Shown one piece after another: positions 1-8,432 of a stretch of DNA of 64,000 nucleotides. The translations under genes were made by a program, and so were the position numbers. The notes beneath the pieces were generated by a model. That model was not told the DNA's origin, made no database searches, and saw nothing but the letters and a program-made list of their open reading frames with translations. The number at the start of each line of letters is the position of its first letter. Within the stretch, counting starts at the first letter, position 1. The DNA comes from Cenarchaeum sp. (GTDB lineage: Archaea; Thermoproteota; Nitrososphaeria; Nitrososphaerales; Nitrosopumilaceae): contig CBDESU010000002.1 of NCBI GenBank assembly GCA_965242695.1, positions 1,504,001 to 1,568,000 of the forward strand, written 5' to 3'.

Positions 1-134
1 CCGCGAGCGAGCAGCCCGATGCCGCCGCTGCGTCGCCCGATCCCTCCTCCACCGCCGCGAGCGAGCAGCCCGATGCCGCCGCTGCGTCGCCCGATCCCTC
101 CTCCACCGCCGCGAGCGAGCAGCCCGATGCCGCC
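1..134 (+). repeat. 54-bp coding tandem repeat (about 2.5 copies) in the S11 extension
   Basis: ccgcgagcgagcagcccgatgccgccgctgcgtcgcccgatccctcctccaccg at 1 and 55, partial at 109. A second, 24-bp repeat (gccgagggcgcatcgcagcccgac) occurs twice at about 213-260. Confidence 0.9.
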
Positions 135-737
135 TCCGCCCCGGCCCCCGCCCCTGGAGCCGCTGACGGCGCCGCCGGCGATGCGCAGGCCGCCGCCGCG
201 GCCGGCGAGGGCGCCGAGGGCGCATCGCAGCCCGACGCCGAGGGCGCATCGCAGCCCGACGCCGAGGGCGAGGCAGATGCCGGGGCGGACGAGGAGGTCT
301 CTGAGGATGCGTACTACGAGGGCTACGGCGACGACGGCAGCGAGCCGACCATCCAGGAAAAGTGGGGCGTGGCCCACATCTACAGCAGCTACAACAACAC
401 GATCATCCACATGACCGACCTGACAGGGGCCGAGACCGTCTCGATAAGCTCGGGCGGAAAGCACGTCAACGCCGACCGATACGAGTCCTCGCCGTTTGCG
501 GCAATGAAGGCGGCCAACGCGGCCATCGAGTCCGCCAGGACAAAGGGCTTCAACTGCTTCCACATACGGGTCAGGGCCGTCGGCGGCGTCGGCTCGCGCG
601 TGCCGGGGCCGGGAGCGCAGGCGGCGATCAGGGCCCTTGCCAGGAGCGGCTTTCGCATCGGCCGCATCGACGACGTCACGCCCATACCGCACGACACGAC
701 GCGCAAGAAGGGCGGCAAGCGCGGCCGGCGCGTCTAG
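1..737 (+). CDS. rps11: 30S ribosomal protein S11 (uS11), 5'-partial, with long acidic Ala/Glu/Asp-rich N-terminal extension
   Basis: Core [25 protein letters not shown]...DDVTPIPHD...KGGKRGRRV. The same frame stays open upstream of GTG 369 to the window edge ([18 protein letters not shown] repeats...), so the true start is probably outside the window. Confidence 0.95.
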   Translation, partial: ASEQPDAAAASPDPSSTAASEQPDAAAASPDPSSTAASEQPDAASAPAPAPGAADGAAGDAQAAAAAGEGAEGASQPDAEGASQPDAEGEADAGADEEVSEDAYYEGYGDDGSEPTIQEKWGVAHIYSSYNNTIIHMTDLTGAETVSISSGGKHVNADRYESSPFAAMKAANAAIESARTKGFNCFHIRVRAVGGVGSRVPGPGAQAAIRALARSGFRIGRIDDVTPIPHDTTRKKGGKRGRRV

Positions 738-1048
738 CCGGGCAGCATCCTGAGCCTTACGGAGCATCCCCTGTGCTCTAGATAGTCTCCCAGGAACTTT
801 GCAAACTTTTCGTCCGGCTTGCCGCCGCGGTACCGCTCGATCATGGATGCGAACCGCCCCGCCATGGCCTCGTGCAGCCCCGACCCAACCTTCAGCCGAA
901 AGAACGACCAGCCGGCGCGCGACTCGATGTCCCCGACGGCGGCGCCGCCGGGCTGGCCGCACAGCGTCTCGACGTGCGACATGGCCGTCTTGACCCTGAG
1001 GCGCGCGGCCGGCCCGTCGGTCGCGCCGACCTCGAAGATCAGCGACAC
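734..1048 (-). CDS. hypothetical protein (104 aa)
   Basis: Natural amino-acid composition; fills the gap behind the PDCD5-like gene on the same strand. Confidence 0.7.
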   Translation of the reverse strand: MSLIFEVGATDGPAARLRVKTAMSHVETLCGQPGGAAVGDIESRAGWSFFRLKVGSGLHEAMAGRFASMIERYRGGKPDEKFAKFLGDYLEHRGCSVRLRMLPG

Positions 1049-1054
1049 GCGGCA

Positions 1055-1513
1055 TCACCTGCCCGCGCCGCTCTTGCCGAGCCTGTCCGAGAGCGAGACC
1101 ATCCTGCCGTCCTGCTCGACCTTTATCTTCGTGTCCAGGCGCACGTTGATGCCGACGGACCTGAACACGTAGAGGAGGCCGCCGCCGTCGAGGCCGCCGG
1201 GCAGCTGCCCGTACATGACCATCCTCCCGAGCTCGTCCACCACGGCCGGCGCCTGCGCGGGGTACTGCCGCTCGGCCGCCTCGAGGACCTCGGAGCCGCG
1301 GTGTCCCAGCACGGACACCAGGGCATCGCGCGGCGTGCGCCTTGCGGCTGCGGTCCCGGCATCCCCGGACTCGCCGTCGGCCTCGGCCTCGGCCGCCTCC
1401 TGCATCCGCGCCCTTGCGCGCATCTCGGCCAGGCGCCGCGCCTTGAGCCGCTCCAGCTCGGCGTCGGGCCCCGGCCCGCCCCCGTCCGGCGCAGCGCCGG
1501 GCGCGCCCGTCAC
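1055..1513 (-). CDS. PDCD5/TFAR19-like double-stranded DNA-binding protein
   Basis: DAELERLKARRLAEM N-terminal helix and ...LLYVFRSVGINVRLDTKIKV; GTGA overlap with the rtcB stop. Confidence 0.75.
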   Translation of the reverse strand: MTGAPGAAPDGGGPGPDAELERLKARRLAEMRARARMQEAAEAEADGESGDAGTAAARRTPRDALVSVLGHRGSEVLEAAERQYPAQAPAVVDELGRMVMYGQLPGGLDGGGLLYVFRSVGINVRLDTKIKVEQDGRMVSLSDRLGKSGAGR

Positions 1514-2973
1514 CCCTTGATCACCCCGATGGGAACGAGCCGCGCCACCTTTGTCGCGATGCCGAGCTCGTCCGAGACGCCGACGACCCTGTCGACGTCC
1601 TTGTACGCCTGCGGCGTCTCCTCGACGACGCCGTTGCGCGTGAGCGCCTTTACGTAGATGCCCTTGTCGCCGAGCGACCTTCTCACCTGCTCCTCCGTGT
1701 ACTGCTTCTTGGCCCTGGTGCGCGACATCGTCCGCCCCGCGCCGTGCGCCGTAGAGCCGAACGTGAGGTCCATCGACCCCCTCTTGCCGAGCAGTATCCA
1801 GCTTGCCGTGCCCATCGAGCCGGGTATGAACACGGGCTGCCCGATGTCCCTGTACCTGGCAGGCACGTCGCCGGCGCCGGCCGGAAAGGCCCTCGTCGCC
1901 CCCTTGCGGTGGACCACGACGCGGCGCCTCTTGCCGTCGACCGTATGCTCCTCGACCTTTGCGATGTTGTGGGCCACGTCGTACACGAGGTCCATCCCGA
2001 GGTCGTCCTCGCCCATGCGGAAGACCCTCTCAAACGAGCGGCGAGTCCAGTGCGAGATCATCTGGCGGTTGCTCCACGCAAAGTTGAGCGCAGCCCTCAT
2101 GGCGGCCGAGTATGACCGCCCCTCCTCGGACGAGTGCGGCACGCACGCGAGCTCCCTGTCGGGCAGGTCGACGCCGTACCTCTGCATGGCCCTCTCGGAG
2201 ACGCGCAGAAAGTCGCTGCACACCTGGTGCCCGAACCCCCGCGAGCCGCAGTGCGCAAGGACCGTCACCTGGCCCCTCTCGATGCCCATGCGGGATGCGG
2301 TCTCCTCGTCGTGGACCTCGTCGACGCGCTGCACCTCTAGAAAGTGGTTGCCCGAGCCGAGGCTGCCGAGCTGCGGCATTCCGCGCCTGCGCGCCTTTTC
2401 CGAGACCCTGGAGGGGTCGGCGCCGGCCATGCTGCCGCCCTCCTCGCACGAGTCGGCGTCGGCGGGGCGGCCGTACCCGTTGTCGACGGCCCACCGGACG
2501 CCCCTCGTCATGACCTCGTCGAGCTGCGAGTTGCTCAGCGACACGGCGCCCTTTGATCCGACCCCCGACGGTATCGAGCTGAACAGGTCGGCGACGAGCT
2601 CCTTTAGCCTCGGCCTCGCGTCGGCCTCCGTAAGGTTCGTGCGCAGCAGGCGCACGCCGCAGTTGATGTCGTACCCGACCCCGCCGGGGCTTATCATGCC
2701 CTCCTCGGCGTCCATTGCGGCGACCCCGCCGACCGGAAAGCCGTACCCCTCGTGGCCGTCGGGTAGGACGACGACATGGCCGACGACGCCGGGCATGGAC
2801 GCGACGTTGGTCGCCTGCCAGACGGTGCGGTCTGACGCCATCTTTTCGACTAGCTGCCCGTCGGCGAATATCCTCACGGGCACCCTCATGCCGTTGCCCG
2901 GGGACGGCTCGACGACGTACTCGGCGGGGCCCCTCTTTTCAGGGACGATCCTCGGCACGTCCGGCCTGCCCAT
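1510..2973 (-). CDS. rtcB: tRNA-splicing ligase RtcB
   Basis: LPDGHEGYGFPVGG, GYDINCGVR, LGSGNHFLE, VHRKGAT and STAHGAGR motifs. ATG 2973 is preferred because a TTTAAA box lies at about 2998-3003. Confidence 0.97.
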   Translation of the reverse strand: MGRPDVPRIVPEKRGPAEYVVEPSPGNGMRVPVRIFADGQLVEKMASDRTVWQATNVASMPGVVGHVVVLPDGHEGYGFPVGGVAAMDAEEGMISPGGVGYDINCGVRLLRTNLTEADARPRLKELVADLFSSIPSGVGSKGAVSLSNSQLDEVMTRGVRWAVDNGYGRPADADSCEEGGSMAGADPSRVSEKARRRGMPQLGSLGSGNHFLEVQRVDEVHDEETASRMGIERGQVTVLAHCGSRGFGHQVCSDFLRVSERAMQRYGVDLPDRELACVPHSSEEGRSYSAAMRAALNFAWSNRQMISHWTRRSFERVFRMGEDDLGMDLVYDVAHNIAKVEEHTVDGKRRRVVVHRKGATRAFPAGAGDVPARYRDIGQPVFIPGSMGTASWILLGKRGSMDLTFGSTAHGAGRTMSRTRAKKQYTEEQVRRSLGDKGIYVKALTRNGVVEETPQAYKDVDRVVGVSDELGIATKVARLVPIGVIKG

Positions 2974-3484
2974 GCGCGCCCGGCAGGGCGCCTCTAATTT
3001 AAACCCGGCGGGGGGCCGGCGCCGGATCCGCGGGCGGGATGCCGCCGGCATGCGTATCCTGCGTGCCCCTGCAGCCTTGGACGGGCGGCGGCGCGCGTCG
3101 GGGCCTACAAGATGCATGCCCGGGACGGCGCGCGCAGGGTGCGTTCTGCCAGATGGGCCTGCGCCCGGCGGCGGCGCGCGGCGCTGCATGGCCTTGAGGG
3201 CGGCGGCGAAGGGGCGCTCTGCCGCGCAGCTGGACGCACCGCCCCTGTTAGCGCGCCGCCGGAAGGGGGCGGGCGGCTGCTGGCAGCATGGGCGTGATCT
3301 GCAGGTGAATCTGCGCGGGCCGTGCGCGGGCCGTGCGCGGGCACCGGGCCGCTCTTCCAGCGTCCTCTTGCACGAGGCAGCTAGGCGTTCTAGGGCCGCA
3401 TGCCTAGGACTTGCGGAATTTCGCCCCCTGGCTACTGCGCCCTTTCAATCTGATCGCGGATCATCCGCCTTGGGTATTGCACGT

Positions 3485-3892
3485 TCATCTTCTGCGCGTC
3501 TTCCTGTACAGGTACGAGCACACGCTGTCAAGGGCGCCGGCCACGCCATCAAGGACGGACATGTCCTCCCCCGACAGGGCCACCCTGGGGCCGTTGCTCT
3601 TCTCAAGCCTTGAAGATAGTGCGATGACGCTGTCCCTTGCGGCCGGCCAGTCTTCCCGATGGCGGTTGCGCAGGAACTCGGACATCCTATCTCCATCGAT
3701 GCCAAGATTAAAGTAGGGCATGTCCCGGAGGTGGAGGCTCATTGGGACGAGCACGTCCAAGAGGCTCTGGACTTCGCCCTGACGCTCTGTAGTGCCGCCG
3801 CGCGACTTGGTGTCCCTCAGGGTCACGATGTACGGCTGGAGCAGACTAGAGGCGTAGTGCAGGTTGGTGCTGATCACACCCATGTCGCTCAT
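3485..3892 (-). CDS. hypothetical helical protein (about 135 aa)
   Basis: Natural-looking ORF (MSDMGVISTNLHY...LDSVCSYLYRKTRRR); alternative start at 3931. Confidence 0.6.
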   Translation of the reverse strand: MSDMGVISTNLHYASSLLQPYIVTLRDTKSRGGTTERQGEVQSLLDVLVPMSLHLRDMPYFNLGIDGDRMSEFLRNRHREDWPAARDSVIALSSRLEKSNGPRVALSGEDMSVLDGVAGALDSVCSYLYRKTRRR

Positions 3893-4210
3893 CTTTGGCC
3901 GCCCCCTGTACAGGCCGTGCCCCTGTTGCACTGATCCCGCATTGCCCGTAGGCGCACATCTGTCATTTTTAATGCTATCGAGAGCTATCGCCGCATGCGG
4001 TCCGCAATTGCCATCCTCAGTCGGAACGCGCGGCAGAGGGGCTGTGCCGGCAGCGGGGGACGACTTGGGGGGGGGACAAGGGACATCGGAAGCCGCCGCA
4101 GGGGCCTGGCACCACGCCGCCCCTCGGCTGCCATCTCTGCGGGCTACTCCAACTCGCCCCTCCGCCGCGCGTTGGTACTTTTTTTACACCCTTCGCCCGC
4201 GCCCGCAGGT

Positions 4211-4567
4211 ATGGCAGGTTACCGCGCCCGCAGGCGGGCCCTCAAAAAGGCGGCCAGGGAGCCGGCGCGCGAGGCCAAGGAGAGGGATCGGCAGGCGAAG
4301 CGCAAGGCAAAGGATGCGGATGTTGCCGCCCGGACGCCGAGGCGCGAGCTGGAAGACGCCTACGTCAAGACGTTCATGGAGGGACCCATGCCTGCCCACG
4401 CCGCGGGCAATCCCTCGTTTGCCGCGTTTGTGCGCAGCAGGGCCCGCTCCATGCCGGACGAGTCCCTGCGCGCGTACGTCAATCTTGCGCGGGGAGACGA
4501 CGATGACGACGAAGCTGCGATGCGGCGCGACATGGACCTGCTAATGTCGGACATGAGGGGGAAGTGA
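4211..4567 (+). CDS. hypothetical protein, basic N-terminus and acidic C-terminus
   Basis: ATG 4211 lies about 25 nt after TTTTTACA; charged helical composition. Confidence 0.5.
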   Translation: MAGYRARRRALKKAAREPAREAKERDRQAKRKAKDADVAARTPRRELEDAYVKTFMEGPMPAHAAGNPSFAAFVRSRARSMPDESLRAYVNLARGDDDDDEAAMRRDMDLLMSDMRGK

Positions 4568-4649
4568 CGGGCGGGCCGCGCCGCGCCGCGCCGGGCACGA
4601 CAGGGTGAGGAAGACGATCCGCGCCGGATGCATGCGGGTGTCCTGCGGG

Positions 4650-4759
4650 GCCGCCGTGGCCGCGGGACGGGGCGCTCGCATCTCCCGGCAACACGGGCGG
4701 CTCTATCATGGCGCATGCCACGCCGCCGTGGCCGCGGGACGGGGCGCTCGCATCTCCCG
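4650..4759. repeat. perfect 38-bp direct repeat, two copies separated by 34 bp
   Basis: gccgccgtggccgcgggacggggcgctcgcatctcccg at 4650-4687 and 4722-4759. Confidence 0.85.
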
Positions 4760-4806
4760 CGCCCGCCGCCGCCCAGCGTAGGTTTATTTCGGCCGGCGCG
4801 GCCCGC

Positions 4807-6210
4807 ATGCCGTTGGCCATACTGCCGATCGACGCCGGACGGTACGGCTCGCCCGAGATCACCCGGATATTCGGCGAGCAGAAAAAGATAGACTACCAAC
4901 TCGACGTAGAGGCCGCGGCGGCCGCGGCGCAGGCCGAGCACGGCCTCATCCCAAAGGGCGCCGGCGCCGCAATCGCGCGCGCAGTCCGCGCCGGCGGCAT
5001 CACGCCGGCCGTGGTGCGGCGCCTGGAAAAGAAGACCGACCACGACACGGCCGCCCTCGTGAGGGCACTCTCGGACCGGTGCGCCCCGGGCGCGCGGCCG
5101 TGGGTGCACTACGGCCTGACGAGCAACGACCTGGTCGACACGAGCGCCTCGCTCCAGATGCGCGATGCCCTCGACGTGCTAGAGCCGAAGGCGGCCCGCC
5201 TGGCCGGCGTGCTAGCCGGCATGGCCGGCAGGTACGCCGGCCTGCCGGCCGTCGGGCGCACGCACGGGCAGCACGCGAGCATCGTCTCGTTCGGGCTAAA
5301 GTTTGCAAACTGGGCGTCCGAGATGTCCGAGCACCTGTCTAGACTGCGGGCCCTGCGCGGGCGCGCCCTACTGTGCAAGATGCTCGGGGTGGTCGGGACC
5401 GGCTCGCTCATGGGGGCGGCCGCCGTCGGCGTGCAGCGGACGGCCGCCGGCCTGCTCGGGCTCGAGCCGGTCGAGGCGGCAACGCAGATCGTCCCGCGCG
5501 AGCGGCATGCCGAGTACGTCTTTACGCTCGCCCTGGTGGGATCGACCCTCGAGAAGATCGCCGTCGAGGTGCGCAACCTGCAGCGCACCGAGATCGGCGA
5601 GGTCGCCGAGGGGTTCCGCGCCGGCCAGATGGGCAGCAGCGCCGTGCCCGTAAAGCGCAACCCCATAAAGAGCGAGCGCGTCACGTCCCTCTCGCGCCTG
5701 ATGCGCTCGAACGTGGCCGTCGCGCTCGAGAACGTGCCGCTCTGGCACGAGCGGGACCTGTCCAACTCGGCCAACGAGCGGTTCGTGATCCCGACCGTTA
5801 CGATACTGCTCGACGAGTCGCTGTCGGCCATGCTCGGCGTGGTGCGGGGCCTGTCCGTGAACGAGGACCGGATAGCGGCGAACCTGCAGCTCACGCGCGG
5901 GCAGATATTCGCCGAGTTCGTGCTGCAGGCGCTGATCAAAAAGGGCGCGCCGCGCATGGACGCGTACCGCGACGTGCAGCGCGTCGCGTTCGCCGCCGCC
6001 GGGTCGGGCGCGGACTACCTGGACGCGCTAAGGGCGGACGCGGCCGTGTCCTCGAGGCTCGGCCCCGCCGAGCTAGAGTCGATATTCGACGCGCGCCGGC
6101 ACCTGGGCGCATCGCGGGAGATAATTCGGCGCGTGCGCAGGACGGCAGCGCGGGCCGTGGCCGAGTCCGAGTCGAGGCTTGCAAGGCGCGGCATCGGGCC
6201 GCACCCCTAG
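4807..6210 (+). CDS. purB: adenylosuccinate lyase
   Basis: AILPIDAGRYGS start, VHYGLTSND, GRTHGQHA, GSSAVPVKRNPI, WHERDLSNS; TTTATTT about 25 nt upstream. Confidence 0.96.
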   Translation: MPLAILPIDAGRYGSPEITRIFGEQKKIDYQLDVEAAAAAAQAEHGLIPKGAGAAIARAVRAGGITPAVVRRLEKKTDHDTAALVRALSDRCAPGARPWVHYGLTSNDLVDTSASLQMRDALDVLEPKAARLAGVLAGMAGRYAGLPAVGRTHGQHASIVSFGLKFANWASEMSEHLSRLRALRGRALLCKMLGVVGTGSLMGAAAVGVQRTAAGLLGLEPVEAATQIVPRERHAEYVFTLALVGSTLEKIAVEVRNLQRTEIGEVAEGFRAGQMGSSAVPVKRNPIKSERVTSLSRLMRSNVAVALENVPLWHERDLSNSANERFVIPTVTILLDESLSAMLGVVRGLSVNEDRIAANLQLTRGQIFAEFVLQALIKKGAPRMDAYRDVQRVAFAAAGSGADYLDALRADAAVSSRLGPAELESIFDARRHLGASREIIRRVRRTAARAVAESESRLARRGIGPHP

Positions 6211-7073
6211 GCGCCGCGGGCCGGAGGCGGCCGCCGGGGCGGAAGCGCCCCGGACCGGAGCAGCTCGGCGTGTATGCGCGAGCCGTACTGGATCGCCTTC
6301 TTGCGCTTGCCGGCGGAGTGGGGGGGGACGCCGAGGGACGCGGCCAGGCCCCTTACGGCGTGCTTGCGCAGCAGGTCGCCGGGGCCCGTGATCTTCGAGT
6401 CGATCGGCAGCCGCCTGGCGTACGAGACGAACGGGGCCGAGAGGAGCGGCTGGGCCACGCGCACGCCGAACCTGCCGGCAAACCCGCCGGCCGCCTCCAT
6501 TATGGACAGCTCCCTTGATATCCGCTCGCCGACCATGGGCTCGACGACGGCCCGCACTGCCTCTGCATCGCCGTCGCGCACGCCGGCCGACTCGAGGGCC
6601 CTCCTGTACGAGTCGTACCCGCAGAACAGCTCGTCGATGCCGTTGCCGGTGAGGACCGTCCGGATGCCGAGCGACCTTGCGAGCCACCCTATGTAGTAGA
6701 ACGCGATGCAGTTCTCCGTGCGCGACGGATCGCCGCCGCCGGTCGCGGCTACCGCCTCGGCGGCAACGCCGGCGAACGGGGGCGGCGCATCGCCGGCCCC
6801 CTCCCCGCCTACGAGCAGCGTATGGTGCTCGAGGCCCGCCCTGCGGGCCGCGGCAGCGGCGAACCTCACGTCGTGCGAGCCGGCAAAGCCGACGGTGAGC
6901 AGGACGGGGCCGAGGCGAAGGCGCGAGCAGACGGCGGCGATCAGCGAGCTGTCGACCCCGCCCGAGAACGCGACGCCTACGGGCCCTCGCCCCCCCTCCC
7001 CGCCGCCGCCTCCGACGGACTCGGACACGGCCCGCTCTATCCTGGAGAGCAGCTCCCGCGCGCGGCCGTCCAT
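6207..7073 (-). CDS. asparagine synthase C-terminal (PP-loop) domain protein
   Basis: VAFSGGVDSS PP-loop, LTGNGIDELFCGY, KKAIQYGS; no glutaminase domain. Confidence 0.88.
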   Translation of the reverse strand: MDGRARELLSRIERAVSESVGGGGGEGGRGPVGVAFSGGVDSSLIAAVCSRLRLGPVLLTVGFAGSHDVRFAAAAARRAGLEHHTLLVGGEGAGDAPPPFAGVAAEAVAATGGGDPSRTENCIAFYYIGWLARSLGIRTVLTGNGIDELFCGYDSYRRALESAGVRDGDAEAVRAVVEPMVGERISRELSIMEAAGGFAGRFGVRVAQPLLSAPFVSYARRLPIDSKITGPGDLLRKHAVRGLAASLGVPPHSAGKRKKAIQYGSRIHAELLRSGALPPRRPPPARGA

Positions 7074-7126
7074 CGGCGGGGCGGGGCGCGGCTAGACATT
7101 TAACCTGCCGCCCGCGCCGCCTGCGC

Positions 7127-7411
7127 ATGGGAATGGTTGCAATGAGCGACGGCGAGGTGCGCGAGGCCCTCGCGCGGCTCGACGGCTGGTCGGTCGTCGG
7201 CGGCAAGCTGCACAAGGAGTACGAGTTTGACACGTTCAACAGGGCGTTCGGGTTCATGGCCCGCGCCTCGATGGAGATTGAAAAGATGAACCACCACCCC
7301 GAGTGGCGCAACGTGTACAACCGGCTCGAGGTGGACCTCGTGACGCACGACGCCGGCGGCATTACCGAAAACGACGTGAGGCTGGCCGGCATACTGGACT
7401 CGCTCCTCTGA
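7127..7411 (+). CDS. phhB: pterin-4-alpha-carbinolamine dehydratase
   Basis: NHHPEWRNVYNRLEVDLVTHDAGGITENDV. Confidence 0.95.
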   Translation: MGMVAMSDGEVREALARLDGWSVVGGKLHKEYEFDTFNRAFGFMARASMEIEKMNHHPEWRNVYNRLEVDLVTHDAGGITENDVRLAGILDSLL

Positions 7412-7511
7412 GCGGGCCGCGGCGCACGGCATGCCCGATGCGGCGGGAGCGGGCCGGGCCGCGCCGGCGCCGCCTTTCCAAATTTATAGCCGCGCCGCCG
7501 ATTCGGCGCGC

Positions 7512-8432
7512 ATGGCGGGGGAGGGGCCAGGAAGCGGCGCGGCCGGGCCGCCTCGGAATCCAGAGGCCGCCGCCGACTCGGACTTCAAGTACATCGACAG
7601 GGAGACGGGCGCGCTCCTGTCTAGCAGGACAGAGCTTGCGGTAGCCCGCATGCTGTCGTTCCTGGGGGTCGAGTACGAGTACGGAAAGGAGGTGGACGTA
7701 GGCGGCGGCCGGACGGAAAGAATCGACTTCGGGACGGGCCGGGGCCTGATCGAGGTCGTCGACGGCGAGCGGGACGCCGAAAAGTACCGCCTCGCCAGGG
7801 AGCACCTGGGAGGCGGCATCATGGCCGTCGGCCACCCGCGGCACGTGGCGCGGATAGCCGAGCTGGACGGGGTGGTCGCGTACGGCGGAGCCGGCAACGG
7901 CGGGGAGGGCGGCTCCCCCCAGACTGGCTCGATATTCATGGACGACGAGTCGTTTACGTTCGACTATGCGCACGTCCTGCCGCTCGTCGAAAAGTGCTCC
8001 CTCCTGCACGGCCACACGTCGTCCGTAATGGTAGAGCTGGTCGGGACGATGAAGGACAACCTGCTCATCGACTTTGGCGAGGCCAAGCAGATAATACGCG
8101 GCGTAATGGCCGCGTTCGACCACAAGTTCTTCGTCAACGAAAAGTACGTCGTCGAAGGAGGAGGAGGAGGCGGCGGCGGGGACGGGTGCGGGGACGGCGA
8201 GGGCCACTACCGCGTCTCCTTCGAGGGCCCCCGCGGCAGGTTCGACCTGACCGTGCCGCGCTCGACGGCGTACCTGCTCAGGGGCGAGGCGACCGTGGAA
8301 AACCTGTCGACGGAGATCATCTCGCTCCTGGCCCCGCGCCTCCCGCCAAACGTCGACGCCGTCGGCGTGTACATCTACGAGGGCCGCGACAAGGGATCGC
8401 ACATAATATCCCGGATCAGGGGGCTGCGGTAG
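7512..8432 (+). CDS. queD: 6-carboxytetrahydropterin synthase (QueD/PTPS) with extra N-terminal domain
   Basis: FDYAH, KCSLLHGHT, IDFGEAK, FDHK, ATVENL; TATA (TTTATA) at about 7483. Confidence 0.85.
   Translation: MAGEGPGSGAAGPPRNPEAAADSDFKYIDRETGALLSSRTELAVARMLSFLGVEYEYGKEVDVGGGRTERIDFGTGRGLIEVVDGERDAEKYRLAREHLGGGIMAVGHPRHVARIAELDGVVAYGGAGNGGEGGSPQTGSIFMDDESFTFDYAHVLPLVEKCSLLHGHTSSVMVELVGTMKDNLLIDFGEAKQIIRGVMAAFDHKFFVNEKYVVEGGGGGGGGDGCGDGEGHYRVSFEGPRGRFDLTVPRSTAYLLRGEATVENLSTEIISLLAPRLPPNVDAVGVYIYEGRDKGSHIISRIRGLR

Noticed and set aside
19-414. Proline-rich eukaryote-like protein
   Set aside because: It is an alternate frame of the S11 extension; the S11 frame is continuous and has host-like codons.
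1510-2973. Intein in RtcB
   Set aside because: Normal length (487 aa) with continuous motifs.
1658-3613. Long antisense or overlapping ORFs (also 30153-32975, 38132-40183, 55476-57254 and many others)
   Set aside because: Shadow ORFs expected at very high GC; Arg/Pro/Ser-rich and without motifs.
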